Part shown: positions 1 to 10,014 of the stretch, in pieces
How positions within the stretch are numbered: the stretch's first letter is position 1
Layout: each line of letters opens with the position of its first letter
NCBI GenBank assembly: GCA_017530735.1
Contig: JAFXMB010000057.1
Location: 19,275 to 83,274 of the forward strand
Source of the DNA: Bacteroidaceae bacterium
GTDB taxonomy: Bacteria > Bacteroidota > Bacteroidia > Bacteroidales > Bacteroidaceae
DNA: 64,000 bases
Reading direction: 5' to 3'
Made by a program: the position numbers and the translations under genes
The notes under the pieces: generated by a model
What the model saw: only the letters and a program-made list of their open reading frames with translations
Databases searched by the model: none
What the model was told of the DNA's origin: nothing

Positions 1-1
1 C

Positions 2-835
2 GCAAGTGCCTTTGCTTATTGCTCAGAACTGGCTACCTTCACCTTTGCAGGTACTCCGACCATCACCAGCATCGGAAACTCTGCTTTCAGCGATTGTAAG
101 AAGCTGACGTCCTTCACTATTCCTGAGAGCGTGACAACTCTAGGCACTACGGTGTTCTGGTTTGCAGGGCTGACAACGCTCCACATTCCCGCTGGTGTGA
201 CCAGCATCGGTCAGGCACTCTTCTGTTCCAGCCCCGTCACCTCAGTGACTGTTGCAGCAGGTAATGCCAAGTATGCTGACCTGGGATGCAATGGCATCTT
301 CGAGATTGCCACCAACAAACTCATTGCCGGCGGTGCCGTCACCACTATTCCTGATGGTATCACCACAATTGGTGAAGAGGCTTTCTGGGGAGAGGAAGGA
401 ACGTTTGCGCTCACACTGCCTGAGAGCGTCACCACCATCGAGAGCCGTGCTTTCCATATGACCAGCGGACTGACCAGCGTCAATATTCCTTCTGGCGTCA
501 CCCATATTGATGCAGAGACTTTCTTCTTCTGTGAGATGCAGGATGTCTATTGCTATGCCAGTCCGACAATCACATGGGACGGCGGCATGAAGGATGACTT
601 CAGCTTGATGAACCCCAAGTCCACCAAGTTCCACGTGGCAGAAGCAGATATTAACAAATGGACAGAGAATTTCCCCGATGCAAATGTTACCTTTGTGGGT
701 GATTTGACAACCGGCATCAACCCCGCACGTTTGTCGCTTGAAGATGGTTATCGATATAACCTGGGCGGACAGCGTATTCAGAATGGCCATAAAGGTATTA
801 TCATTCTGAACGGCAGGAAGCTGTTTGTAAAATAA
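2..835 (+). CDS. BspA-type leucine-rich-repeat surface protein with a T9SS C-terminal sorting domain; the 5' end lies outside the window
   Basis: The frame is open from the window edge. It has repeated units of the type IPxSVTxIGxxAFxxCxxLTSV (e.g. FTIPESVTTLGTTVFW, LTLPESVTTIESRAFH, VNIPSGVTHIDAETFF). The C-terminus YNLGGQRIQNGHKGIIILNGRKLFVK resembles the Por/T9SS CTD. Confidence 0.75.
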   Translation, partial: ASAFAYCSELATFTFAGTPTITSIGNSAFSDCKKLTSFTIPESVTTLGTTVFWFAGLTTLHIPAGVTSIGQALFCSSPVTSVTVAAGNAKYADLGCNGIFEIATNKLIAGGAVTTIPDGITTIGEEAFWGEEGTFALTLPESVTTIESRAFHMTSGLTSVNIPSGVTHIDAETFFFCEMQDVYCYASPTITWDGGMKDDFSLMNPKSTKFHVAEADINKWTENFPDANVTFVGDLTTGINPARLSLEDGYRYNLGGQRIQNGHKGIIILNGRKLFVK

Positions 836-847
836 CAAACTATCTGG

Positions 848-1441
848 ATGAATTCAACAGAACAGGAACTTGAAATAATAGCACAGACAAGGAATGAGGT
901 ACTTGGCCGTAAGGATCATACGGGCGTGAACCTCTTCCTTGTGTGGGGCTATCCTACAGCATTCTTTCTGCTTGTGGAATTTGCCGCACTGTTGCTGTGG
1001 AATGAGAACTGGTGCAGTTGGTTGTGGGTAGGAATACCCTTGGTGGGCGCACCGCTTATGATTCATATCAAGCGGAAAGATTTTGAGCGTACCGGTAGGC
1101 GCACCATCAATGAAAGTCTTGCTGTTGAACTGTGGTTATTCATAGGATTTGTCTGCTTCTTAAGTGGATTAGGAACTGGTTTTGCAGATCTGTTTGAGCA
1201 ATGCTATTGTACTATTCAAGGAGTGCTTGTAGGATTCGGATGTTTTCTTACCGGCAGTATATCACGATTCAGGCCGGTAAAAGTATGTGGCTTAATTGGT
1301 TCTGTTCTATCATTCTCCTGCCTTTTCTTTCAAGGTGACTTGTGGCCTTGGCAATTGTTTATGACCGCCATTTTTACAGTCGTCGCCTTAATCATTCCCG
1401 GACACTTGTTCCGCTATTATGCCAAACATTCCCAACCTTAA
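848..1441 (+). CDS. multi-pass membrane protein of unknown function
   Basis: ATG-started 197-aa ORF with several long hydrophobic segments (FFLLVEFAALLLW, WVGIPLVGAPLMI, LWLFIGFVCFLSGLG, AIFTVVALIIPG). It sits directly upstream of a small winged-helix regulator. Confidence 0.6.
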   Translation: MNSTEQELEIIAQTRNEVLGRKDHTGVNLFLVWGYPTAFFLLVEFAALLLWNENWCSWLWVGIPLVGAPLMIHIKRKDFERTGRRTINESLAVELWLFIGFVCFLSGLGTGFADLFEQCYCTIQGVLVGFGCFLTGSISRFRPVKVCGLIGSVLSFSCLFFQGDLWPWQLFMTAIFTVVALIIPGHLFRYYAKHSQP

Positions 1442-1452
1442 TTGCCACCTAT

Positions 1453-1791
1453 ATGGATTTCAAATTTCCTGTAATAAACCCGCTGCTTCACAATGAACTG
1501 CGCCTAAAGATAATGGTAGCGCTTGACAACTTGGAGAGTGCTGATTTTGTTTATCTGTGTCAGATTACTGATTCAACAAAAGGCAACCTGAGCGTACAGA
1601 TAACAACTCTGAAAGATGCCGGTTACATTGAAGTAATAAAAACCGGACTTGGCCGTCTGTCGCACACCGTGTGCCGTATTACCCGTCAAGGCCACGAAGC
1701 CTTAACCACATACGAGGAAGGTCTTCGTTCCCTCTTCAACCAGCAAATCCCCGCTCAAAAAGAAAACCAACAAGACAAACAAATAGGCTGA
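1453..1791 (+). CDS. small winged-helix (MarR/ArsR-like) transcriptional regulator
   Basis: I moved the start to the ATG at 1453 (MDFKFPVINPLLHNELRLKIMVAL...), because the track ORF start at 1342 overlaps the preceding membrane gene. The pattern LRLKIM..L....DFVYL...TDSTKGNLSVQITTLKDAGYIEV is typical of winged-helix DNA-binding domains. Confidence 0.6.
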   Translation: MDFKFPVINPLLHNELRLKIMVALDNLESADFVYLCQITDSTKGNLSVQITTLKDAGYIEVIKTGLGRLSHTVCRITRQGHEALTTYEEGLRSLFNQQIPAQKENQQDKQIG

Positions 1792-1890
1792 TCCATAAAA
1801 TCACAGAAATTACCTGAAACTCCCGGTAGAGAAAAACCTTGGAAGAGGCACCGGAAATACCTGATAGTGAAAGATTGAGCGGTGGCTCAA

Positions 1891-2415
1891 TTATTTTAGT
1901 TTTCCCTTTAGAATCCGGCTGCGGACACAGTTCACAGCCGGTTTATAGTACTCGGTCTCCATAGACTCCAGAGTGACTTTGAACTCATCCATTAGCTCCG
2001 GGTAGAACTTGCACATGCTGTATGCCAGTTTCATGCTGATGGATTGTATACCCGGCAGTTCATCTACATCGGCCATATGCTCCAGACAGAAATCCAGAAA
2101 GTCTGTACGCAGGTCATCCTCATCCATTTTGAGGCGCTCAATGATATTGAGTGACAGCCTGCGCACAGCCGAGTTTTCCGTCTTGAGCGCCAGGTCTATC
2201 AGTTCATTAAGCATACCCTGCAACTGCGATAGCTCCTGGTCCGATGCCTTGGTAAGCACCCAGAACGCATTACGCGCCACACGCCCGTCATCACTATGCA
2301 TGAACTCCCGCGCAAAGCCCGCAAAAACACCCGACCGCTTTACCTCCCGATAAACGGCCTGCGCATCAAGCTCGCCTTTCACGGCCCTCAACATTTCATC
2401 AGTCAACGCCGCCAT
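1891..2415 (-). CDS. hypothetical all-helical protein
   Basis: ATG-started 174-aa ORF that overlaps the stop of the upstream GNAT gene by 13 nt, which suggests an operon. I recognise no motif. Confidence 0.5.
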   Translation of the reverse strand: MAALTDEMLRAVKGELDAQAVYREVKRSGVFAGFAREFMHSDDGRVARNAFWVLTKASDQELSQLQGMLNELIDLALKTENSAVRRLSLNIIERLKMDEDDLRTDFLDFCLEHMADVDELPGIQSISMKLAYSMCKFYPELMDEFKVTLESMETEYYKPAVNCVRSRILKGKLK

Positions 2416-3284
2416 CTTCTAAGCATCGGGAAGAAACCGTACATCATCTGCTTGTACTCGTCACGGGTCATTGGTTTTGGCATATTCTTATTTACCTCAT
2501 CCACAAACTGGGCGCAGTGCTCTATCATCTGGTCCATTGTCATGTCCTGAAGAAACTTTCCATCCTTAAAGCAGTACTGACAGTAGTCAAAATTGGTACT
2601 GCCGTCGGCATTGGTTCCGCAATCCTCCTCACGGGTAAGCGGCATCCCGCAACTCTGGCAGAACTGCGGCAGCTGCCCCTCACGGAAAGCCTTAACCTTA
2701 TTGGGGAACGTTGCATCATATGCCTCAAACGCATCGGGATCGGCATCGGCCACAAAGTAACCCTGTGGAGGGCAATATGTTGCCTCAATGCCGCCAAGCC
2801 AGCCCGGAATCAGTTCCTGAGCCAAAAAATACGGAACCTCAGCATCCTTTGGCTCCGAATGATAATGAATGCCCAACTTGCTGGCCAGGCCAAAACCCGC
2901 ATGCTTGTAGAAATCAATGTTTCCCTCCATGCAGATAAAGCCCACACCCATCTGACGCGCCTTATCCAGAGCATAATTCAACAGCTTAAGTCCATAACCC
3001 TTACGCTTATAATCAGGATGAATGCTGATAGGTCCGAAAGTCCAGGAAGGCTTGTGTGTGCCATCGGCCAATACCAGTTCCGCTCTGGAGAACATCACGT
3101 GACCTATAATCCTTCCGTCCTCCTCCATCACATAGTCCAACTCCGGAATAAAGTCAGAATTGTTCCTATACTGATTAAGTACATAATGCTCCAAACATCC
3201 CGGCTTATATACATTCCAAAACGCCTCACGGGTAAGTTCCTCCACCACCCTATAGTCCTCCGGACGCTCAAGTCTTATATTCAT
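2403..3284 (-). CDS. GNAT family N-acetyltransferase fused to a C-terminal zinc-ribbon domain
   Basis: The acetyl-CoA motif region reads IHPDYKRKGYGLKLLNYALDKARQMG. The C-terminal CQSCGMPL...DYCQYCFKDGKF is a 4-Cys ribbon. Confidence 0.75.
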   Translation of the reverse strand: MNIRLERPEDYRVVEELTREAFWNVYKPGCLEHYVLNQYRNNSDFIPELDYVMEEDGRIIGHVMFSRAELVLADGTHKPSWTFGPISIHPDYKRKGYGLKLLNYALDKARQMGVGFICMEGNIDFYKHAGFGLASKLGIHYHSEPKDAEVPYFLAQELIPGWLGGIEATYCPPQGYFVADADPDAFEAYDATFPNKVKAFREGQLPQFCQSCGMPLTREEDCGTNADGSTNFDYCQYCFKDGKFLQDMTMDQMIEHCAQFVDEVNKNMPKPMTRDEYKQMMYGFFPMLRRWRR

Positions 3285-3317
3285 GATTGTAAACCTTTAT
3301 CAACATCACAAAGATAC

Positions 3318-3358
3318 AAAATAGTACAAAAGGGGACAGACCCCTTTTGTACTATTTT
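3318..3358 (-). terminator. intrinsic terminator of the DUF3795-like gene (perfect 18-bp stem)
   Basis: AAAATAGTACAAAAGGGG (3318-3335), loop ACAGA, CCCCTTTTGTACTATTTT (3341-3358). The stem includes the TAG stop at 3352-3354. Confidence 0.8.
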
Positions 3359-3690
3359 GCCTGTTTCAAGTTGGAAAGGGCCTCCTTATTGTTGGCGGTA
3401 ATCATGGCAAGCTTGGAGCAGTTTTCCATATCGCTGCAGTCACCGCAGGTATCATAACCTTTGGCCCGGGCGCACTTGCGTATGGGACAGAGTGAGTTAC
3501 AAAACGGGGTCTTGGCTCCCTCAATCCTGCATCCGGTACAATTGATCATATCGGGAGTAATCTCAACCTTATTAAGTTCTGACCATTCCCTAGCCACTTT
3601 TTTGCGCAGCTCATCGTCATCATTAACTGTTGCCAACCGAGCCTGACACCCCTCACAATCCAATCCGCAATAAGCAATAAACTGTTTCAT
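3352..3690 (-). CDS. small Cys-rich protein (DUF3795-like)
   Basis: I trimmed the start to the ATG at 3690 (MKQFIAYCGLDCEGCQ...). It has multiple CxxC / CGDC clusters (CGLDCEGC, CTGC, CPIRKC, CGDCSDMENC). Confidence 0.6.
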   Translation of the reverse strand: MKQFIAYCGLDCEGCQARLATVNDDDELRKKVAREWSELNKVEITPDMINCTGCRIEGAKTPFCNSLCPIRKCARAKGYDTCGDCSDMENCSKLAMITANNKEALSNLKQAK

Positions 3691-3808
3691 AAACAATAAG
3701 TCTACGCGAATATACATAAAATAAGAATCAATGATACCGTTCCCAGTTGCGGAGCAAAACGACGCAAAACGAAACGACCCCTTTGCGTCATTTTTGCCTG
3801 AAATTGTG

Positions 3809-3816
3809 TAATTTTG
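3809..3816 (+). promoter_or_regulatory. candidate -7 box TAATTTTG for leuS
   Basis: Matches TAnnTTTG, 19 nt upstream of the ATG at 3836. Confidence 0.4.
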
Positions 3817-3835
3817 CGCGTCAAAATAACGTAAG

Positions 3836-6670
3836 ATGGAATACGATTTCAGAGCAATTGAAAAGAAATGGCAGGAAAAGTGGGCCAAGGAGGGAACTTA
3901 TAAGGTAACTGAGGATGCCTCCAGACCCAAGTATTACGTACTCAACATGTTCCCCTACCCCTCAGGCGCCGGCCTGCACGTAGGACACCCGCTGGGCTAC
4001 ATTGCATCCGATATCTACGCACGCTACAAGCGCCAGTGTGGATTCAACGTGCTGAACCCCATGGGTTACGATGCATACGGCCTGCCCGCCGAGCAGTACG
4101 CCATACAGACCGGCCAACATCCCGCAATTACCACTGAAAAGAACATAAACCGCTACCGCGAGCAGCTGGACAAGATAGGATTCTCATTTGATTGGGACCG
4201 CGAGGTACGCACCTGCGAGCCCGGCTACTACCACTGGACCCAGTGGGCATTCCAGAAGATGTTCGGCTCATTCTACTGCAACAAGTGCCAGAGCGCACAG
4301 CCCATTGAGAAGCTCATTGAGCATTTTGAAAAAGAAGGCTCTGCAAATCTGGACGTAGCCCAGAGCGAGGAACTCAGCTTTACCGCCGCCGAGTGGAAAG
4401 CCATGGACGAGAAGCAGAAGTCCGATGTCCTGATGAACTACCGCATAGCCTACCTGGGCGAGACAATGGTAAACTGGTGCGCCGGACTGGGCACCGTACT
4501 TGCCAACGACGAGGTGGTAGAGGGCGTATCGGTACGCGGCGGATTCCCCGTTGAACAAAAGAAAATGCGCCAGTGGTGTCTGCGTGTATCGGCCTACGCA
4601 CAGCGCCTGCTTGACGGCCTGGACAAGATAGACTGGTCCGATTCCATCAAGGAGACCCAGCGCAACTGGATAGGCCGCTCCGAGGGTACCGAGATGCAGT
4701 TCCACGTAAAGGACTCAGACATAGAATTCACCATTTTCACCACCCGTGCCGATACCATATTCGGTGTAACATTCATGGTACTGGCTCCTGAGAGCGAGTT
4801 GGTAGCACAACTTACCACACCCGCACAGAAGAAGGAGGTCGATGCATACATAGCAGCCGTTAAGAAGCGCACCGAGCGCGAGCGCATAGCTGACCGCCGT
4901 GTAACCGGCGTATTCAGCGGATCATACGCCATCAACCCCCTGACCGGTGAGGACGTACCCGTTTGGATCAGTGATTACGTACTGGCCGGCTACGGAACAG
5001 GCGCCATCATGGCTGTTCCCGCACACGACAGCCGTGACTACGCATTCGCCAAGCATTTCGGCCTTGAAATCCGTCCTCTGATTGAGGGTTGCGATGTATC
5101 AGAGGAGAGTTTTGACGCCAAGGAGGGTGTGATGATGAACTCACCCCGTCCCGACCAGATCCGTGAGGGCGGACTCAACCTGAACGGCCTGACCGTTAAG
5201 GAAGCCATTGCCGCCACCAAGAAATATGTACAGGACAACAAACTGGGTAAGGTAAAGGTCAACTACCGTTTGCGTGACGCCATATTCAGCCGTCAGCGCT
5301 ACTGGGGCGAGCCGTTCCCGGTATATTACAAGAACGGAATACCCACAATGGTACCCGAGCAGTGCCTGCCGCTGGAGCTCCCCGAGATAAGTGAGTACAA
5401 GCCCACCGAGACCGGCGAGCCCCCACTTGGTCACGCCAAGGTTTGGGCCTTTGATGAAAAGAATAACAAGGTTGTTGACAAGTCACTCATAGATAATAAG
5501 ACCATATTCCCGCTGGAGCTCAACACAATGCCCGGATTTGCAGGCTCATCGGCCTACTATCTGCGTTACATGGATCCGCACAACAGCAAGGCTCTTGTAA
5601 GCAAGGAGGCCGACAGCTACTGGAAGTGCGTTGACCTCTATCTGGGAGGCTCCGAGCACGCAACCGGTCACCTTATCTACTCAAGGTTCTGGAACAAGTT
5701 CCTCAAGGACCTGGGCGTAAGTGAGGTTGAGGAGCCGTTCAGCAAGCTCATCAACCAGGGTATGATACAGGGCCGCAGTAACTTTGTATACCGTATCAAG
5801 GATACCAACAAGTTTGTATCACTGGGCCTCAAGGACCAGTATGACACCACTCCCATACACGTTGATGTAAACATAGTAAGTGCCGATGTACTGGACGTTG
5901 AGGCATTCAAGGCCTGGAGGCCCGAGTACAACAACGCCGAGTTCATACTGGAGAACGGCAAGTACATCTGCGGATGGGCCGTTGAGAAGATGAGTAAGTC
6001 CATGTTCAATGTGGTTAACCCTGATGACATCATCGAGAAGTACGGAGCCGATACACTGCGTATGTACGAGATGTTCCTGGGACCGCTTGAGCAGTCAAAG
6101 CCCTGGGATACCAACGGCATTGACGGCTGCCACCGCTTTATACGCAAGATGTGGGCTCTCTACTTTGACCGTGACGGAAAGCTGGCTGTAAGCGATGACG
6201 CTCCCACCAAGGACGAGCTCAAGTCAATCCACAAGCTCATAAAGAAGGTAACCGAGGATATTGAGAACTTCTCATTCAATACATCGGTAGCCGCATTCAT
6301 GATATGCGTAAACGAGCTGTCAGGACTCAAGTGCAACAAGCGCGCCGTGCTGACAGACCTGGCTAAGGTTATTGCACCGTTTGCACCCCACACCGCCGAG
6401 GAACTCTGGTCTTCACTTGGTAACACCGGTTCAGTTTGTGATGCCGCATGGCCCAAGTTCAACGAGGATTACCTCAAGGAGGACAGCATTACCTACTCCA
6501 TCTCATTCAACGGCAGGACCCGCTTTACAATGGACTTCCCGGCCGATGCAACCCAGCAGCAGATTCAGGATGCCGTTCTGGCCAATGAGAAGGCTCAGGG
6601 TTACATCAACGGTCAGACCATCCGCAAGGTGATTGTAGTTCCTCGCAAGATCGTGAACATTGTACTCTAA
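3836..6670 (+). CDS. leuS: leucine--tRNA ligase
   Basis: 944 aa. HIGH-type motif [21 protein letters not shown] motif ([12 protein letters not shown]), and a CP1 editing-domain region. Confidence 0.97.
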   Translation: MEYDFRAIEKKWQEKWAKEGTYKVTEDASRPKYYVLNMFPYPSGAGLHVGHPLGYIASDIYARYKRQCGFNVLNPMGYDAYGLPAEQYAIQTGQHPAITTEKNINRYREQLDKIGFSFDWDREVRTCEPGYYHWTQWAFQKMFGSFYCNKCQSAQPIEKLIEHFEKEGSANLDVAQSEELSFTAAEWKAMDEKQKSDVLMNYRIAYLGETMVNWCAGLGTVLANDEVVEGVSVRGGFPVEQKKMRQWCLRVSAYAQRLLDGLDKIDWSDSIKETQRNWIGRSEGTEMQFHVKDSDIEFTIFTTRADTIFGVTFMVLAPESELVAQLTTPAQKKEVDAYIAAVKKRTERERIADRRVTGVFSGSYAINPLTGEDVPVWISDYVLAGYGTGAIMAVPAHDSRDYAFAKHFGLEIRPLIEGCDVSEESFDAKEGVMMNSPRPDQIREGGLNLNGLTVKEAIAATKKYVQDNKLGKVKVNYRLRDAIFSRQRYWGEPFPVYYKNGIPTMVPEQCLPLELPEISEYKPTETGEPPLGHAKVWAFDEKNNKVVDKSLIDNKTIFPLELNTMPGFAGSSAYYLRYMDPHNSKALVSKEADSYWKCVDLYLGGSEHATGHLIYSRFWNKFLKDLGVSEVEEPFSKLINQGMIQGRSNFVYRIKDTNKFVSLGLKDQYDTTPIHVDVNIVSADVLDVEAFKAWRPEYNNAEFILENGKYICGWAVEKMSKSMFNVVNPDDIIEKYGADTLRMYEMFLGPLEQSKPWDTNGIDGCHRFIRKMWALYFDRDGKLAVSDDAPTKDELKSIHKLIKKVTEDIENFSFNTSVAAFMICVNELSGLKCNKRAVLTDLAKVIAPFAPHTAEELWSSLGNTGSVCDAAWPKFNEDYLKEDSITYSISFNGRTRFTMDFPADATQQQIQDAVLANEKAQGYINGQTIRKVIVVPRKIVNIVL

Positions 6671-6675
6671 GAAGT

Positions 6676-7251
6676 ATGGAGCTGGTATTTGCCACTAACA
6701 ACGCCCACAAGCTGGACGAGGTGCGCCAGATACTTGGCAACCGCTTTACGGTCCACTCCCTAAAGGAGATTGGTTGCACTGAGGATATCCCCGAAACCGG
6801 CGACACCTTCCAGGACAACGCCCTGCAGAAAGCCCGTTACGTCAAGGAGCACTACGGTTATGACTGTTTTGCCGATGACACCGGACTGGAGGTTAAGGCC
6901 CTTGGCGGAGCACCCGGAGTTCACTCCGCACGCTACGCAGGTGACCATGACTCGGAGGCCAATATGACCAAGCTGCTTCAGGAACTTGAAAAAAAACCGG
7001 ACCGCAGCGCACAATTTAGGACAGTTGTTGCGTTAATACTTAACGGACAGGAAGTTCTGTTTGAGGGAATAGTTACCGGACAGATTGCAACGGAGCGTCA
7101 TTACGGAGACGGCGGATTCGGTTATGATCCGATTTTTGTCCCCGACGGCTACACCGAGACATTCTCTCAAATGTCTTCCCAAGGCAAGAACCTGATAAGT
7201 CACAGGGGACGCGCCGTAAGGAAACTGGCAGATTATCTTAAAACGTTATGA
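6676..7251 (+). CDS. rdgB: non-canonical purine NTP pyrophosphatase (Ham1/RdgB family)
   Basis: Motifs [55 protein letters not shown] and SHRGRA. Confidence 0.9.
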   Translation: MELVFATNNAHKLDEVRQILGNRFTVHSLKEIGCTEDIPETGDTFQDNALQKARYVKEHYGYDCFADDTGLEVKALGGAPGVHSARYAGDHDSEANMTKLLQELEKKPDRSAQFRTVVALILNGQEVLFEGIVTGQIATERHYGDGGFGYDPIFVPDGYTETFSQMSSQGKNLISHRGRAVRKLADYLKTL

Positions 7252-9575
7252 TAAGAAAGTTGACAAGAGGAAGCATTATCGCAATCGCTGCGGTAATGCT
7301 CCTTTTGCCTTTTTATAAGGCCCATGCAGGAATACCCGTAGGTACCTGGAGAGCACATCCAGCCTACAATGACGCCACATTCTCACTCAAGGCATTCGGA
7401 ATGACCGCTGTTCTGAGTGACGGTGCCATCTACCTTTATGATCCTTCAGACAACGGCCTCTATACCATTGACAAGACCGGAGGACTGGGTGATACCGATA
7501 TTGCGGCAATGGGTTACTGCAACTCTGAACAAGCCGTCATCCTGGTCTATTCAAACGGTAACATAGACCTTCTCTACAATGACTTTACCATCTACAACTT
7601 CACGGACATCAAAAACAACGGCACCGGAAGCGTATCGGTCAATGAACTTAAGGTCATAGGAAACAAGGCTTACATATCGACCAACATAGGACTTATAGTC
7701 TTTGACATAAAGCGCAGGGAGATAAGCAATACCTACAGGTTCGATACACAGGTGTACTCATCGGTCGTTTTCAATGATACCATAATCTGCTCAACTGATT
7801 CGGGAATGTACCTGGGACTGGATTCTGACAATCTTCTGGACAAAAACAAGTGGAAAAAGTTCAGTGATATAAGGTTCAGGACACTGTTTGAGTTTGACGG
7901 ACAACTTGCGGGAAACTCATTTATAAACCGCATTTGGACAATTGACCGCAACACAGCCGCATTAAAGGAAAAAATAAAGGATGACGTTACAGGACTGTCA
8001 CTTCAAACTGACGGACGTCTGGTTCTTATTCAGGATACTGCAGTCACTTTCTACAACAGCTTGTCAGACTTTACCGCGTATATCTTTCCTTCACATGTAA
8101 ATCATGTAATGACCGATGGTGACGATGTCTGGGCCTGTCAGGGTAATTACGGACTGTGCCGATATTCAATCACTAATGACGGACTTGTGCTCAAGGCAAG
8201 GATGATAAAGCCCGACAGTCCCAGACGCAACTGGTTCCATTCTGTATCATGGCCTCAGCCGGGAAGACTACTTGCAGTTGGCGGTTGTCACAACTATCAG
8301 AACATCAATTATCCCGGAACGGTCATGATTTATGAAAATGACCGATGGACATCGCTCGATGAAGACATTCCATCCAAGACAGGAGTTAATTACCAGAATC
8401 TGACAGAGGCTGTCCAGGATCCGTCTGATCCCGATCATATTTTTGTAGGATCTACCGGACAGGGTCTTTATGAGTTCCGTAACGGAAAGTTCTCAAAACT
8501 GCATACATGGAACAACAGCGGTCTTTCAAGCATACTCAATGACACTGAGTTCAATAAGAACAATTATGTCCGTATAAGTGCCCTGCAGTATGATAAAGAG
8601 GGTAATCTCTGGATGGCCAACAATGAGACCGATACCATTTTAAAGGTTATGCAACCTGACGGAAAATGGTTTGGACTTTACTACAGTGAGATTGCCGGAT
8701 TACCTACATTCAAACAATTAAGGTTTGATGACAAAGGCAGAATCTGGATCAATTCATCACGTTATAATCCCGGTCTTGTTTGTATTGACCTTAACGGTAC
8801 TTTAAAGAAAAACAGTGATGACAAGATAAAGTTCTCAGGTCCCTATTTTGTAAATCAGGACGGAACTACCGAAGAAATCTCACAGCTCACTTTCTATGAT
8901 GTGGACATGAACGGTGAAATGTGGATCGGAACCAACAGAGGACTGTTTATACTTAAGGATCCTGATTCATTCATAGATGATGCAAATCCTGTTTTTGAAA
9001 GGGTAAAGATATCACGTAATGACGGTTCAGGTCTGGCTGATTATCTTTTGAACGGAGTATATGTAACTGCCATGTATATTGATCAGGGTAACAGAAAATG
9101 GATAGGCACCCTTGATCAGGGTATATTCCTTTTAAGTGCTGACGGAACCAGTACTCTTGAACATTTTACCACATCAAACAGTCCGCTTCCATCGGACAAT
9201 ATACTGAGCATAACAGAAAACGGTCAGGATGGCTCTTTATTCTTTGGTACAAGCCTTGGAATGGTTGAGTACGGGGGACAAGCCAGGGATCCTGAAGAAA
9301 GTCTCTCAGAGTCAAATATTCTTGTTTATCCCAATCCTGTAAAGCCTGATTTCGACGGTTATGTAACTATTACAGGTCTTACTGAATTCAGCAGCATAAG
9401 AATAATGTCAAATTCAGGACATCTTGTGCATATGGGTACATCAAACGGAGGTTCATACAGCTGGAATCTTACTGATATGAACGGACGCCAGGTACCTTCC
9501 GGAATCTATCATGCAATCATAACGAATCAGGAAAACAACAAAAGCGAAAGTACATCCATTACTGTCATCAGATAA
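7248..9575 (+). CDS. secreted double beta-propeller protein with a T9SS C-terminal sorting domain; PorZ-like
   Basis: 775 aa with a signal peptide. It has many Reg_prop-like repeats ([49 protein letters not shown]). The C-terminus [19 protein letters not shown]...[11 protein letters not shown]...ITVIR is a T9SS CTD. The size and architecture match PorZ of Porphyromonas, but that assignment is an inference. The start overlaps the rdgB stop (ATGA). Confidence 0.6.
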   Translation: MIRKLTRGSIIAIAAVMLLLPFYKAHAGIPVGTWRAHPAYNDATFSLKAFGMTAVLSDGAIYLYDPSDNGLYTIDKTGGLGDTDIAAMGYCNSEQAVILVYSNGNIDLLYNDFTIYNFTDIKNNGTGSVSVNELKVIGNKAYISTNIGLIVFDIKRREISNTYRFDTQVYSSVVFNDTIICSTDSGMYLGLDSDNLLDKNKWKKFSDIRFRTLFEFDGQLAGNSFINRIWTIDRNTAALKEKIKDDVTGLSLQTDGRLVLIQDTAVTFYNSLSDFTAYIFPSHVNHVMTDGDDVWACQGNYGLCRYSITNDGLVLKARMIKPDSPRRNWFHSVSWPQPGRLLAVGGCHNYQNINYPGTVMIYENDRWTSLDEDIPSKTGVNYQNLTEAVQDPSDPDHIFVGSTGQGLYEFRNGKFSKLHTWNNSGLSSILNDTEFNKNNYVRISALQYDKEGNLWMANNETDTILKVMQPDGKWFGLYYSEIAGLPTFKQLRFDDKGRIWINSSRYNPGLVCIDLNGTLKKNSDDKIKFSGPYFVNQDGTTEEISQLTFYDVDMNGEMWIGTNRGLFILKDPDSFIDDANPVFERVKISRNDGSGLADYLLNGVYVTAMYIDQGNRKWIGTLDQGIFLLSADGTSTLEHFTTSNSPLPSDNILSITENGQDGSLFFGTSLGMVEYGGQARDPEESLSESNILVYPNPVKPDFDGYVTITGLTEFSSIRIMSNSGHLVHMGTSNGGSYSWNLTDMNGRQVPSGIYHAIITNQENNKSESTSITVIR

Positions 9576-10014
9576 TGTATATGTATGTTTTTCTTTTTAA
9601 TTCTTCTTTATTTTGTTGTTTATAGGCTGTTGAAACTGTTGATATCTTTTTTTCTTTAAAAGGATATTTATTTTTCAACTGAATTCAGTTTTTATAAACA
9701 GGTATATCAACAGTACAACATATTATAATTCAATAGAATATATAGAAATACACAATTTGTGTTGATATTGTATTTTATATTATTCCGTCATTTATACAAA
9801 TAATCCCTGTTAATTCCCTGTTTGTAAAAATTCGGATAAAAAACTGATCTCAACAGGCTTTTTTCAGAATTTGTTCCATACCGGAACTCTTTTTTGAAAT
9901 GCAACTTTTAAGTTCACTTTTTATGTTTTTCTTTTGAACACTTATTTACACTGTTTTCAACAGGAATAGTCACTTAAATGAACTAATTTTACACCGTCAA
10001 ACTTTGAGTTTCAT
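9576..10014. other. ORF-free AT-rich island carrying an array of CTGTTGA(A/T/G)A / CTGTT motifs and palindromes
   Basis: A hand count over 9601-9960 gives 90 G+C in 360 nt (25%). Motif coordinates are listed in the findings. There is no ORF of 60 aa or more. Confidence 0.8.

Noticed and set aside
242-838. A 198-aa minus-strand ORF, plus many similar 60-170-aa ORFs inside leuS, polA, uvrC, mnmG, sdhA, the HTCS genes and others.
   Set aside because: All lie antisense or out of frame within genes that have strong motif support. They are typical shadow ORFs of roughly 50% GC coding DNA.
1342-1452. A longer N-terminus for the winged-helix regulator (track ORF start at 1342).
   Set aside because: It would overlap the last 100 nt of the membrane-protein gene in another frame. 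The ATG at 1453 sits 12 nt after that gene's stop and gives a typical domain start.
2517-3401. A 294-aa plus-strand ORF.
   Set aside because: It is entirely antisense to the well-supported GNAT/zinc-ribbon and DUF3795-like genes. Its translation is low-complexity with no motifs, so it is a shadow ORF.
3792-3803. The 12-mer TTTTGCCTGAAA, shared with 20119-20130, as a possible specific regulatory motif.
   Set aside because: Both copies overlap or abut candidate TAnnTTTG -7 promoter boxes just upstream of gene starts. With only two copies, the shared core is most simply explained by promoter consensus plus chance extension.
9565-9592. A dif-like sequence. ATAATGTATAT at 9571-9581 matches 11 consecutive bases of the E. 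coli dif core (CATAA-TGTATA-T), and TATGTT follows one base out of register. The locus also sits close to where plus-strand and minus-strand gene blocks converge (about 10.5 kb).
   Set aside because: The left arm matches only 5 of 11 positions and the right arm needs an indel. The stretch is low-complexity (TGTA repeats) in AT-rich DNA and overlaps the stop codon of the upstream gene. I do not know the Bacteroidales dif consensus. It is only worth testing if whole-genome GC skew places the terminus here.
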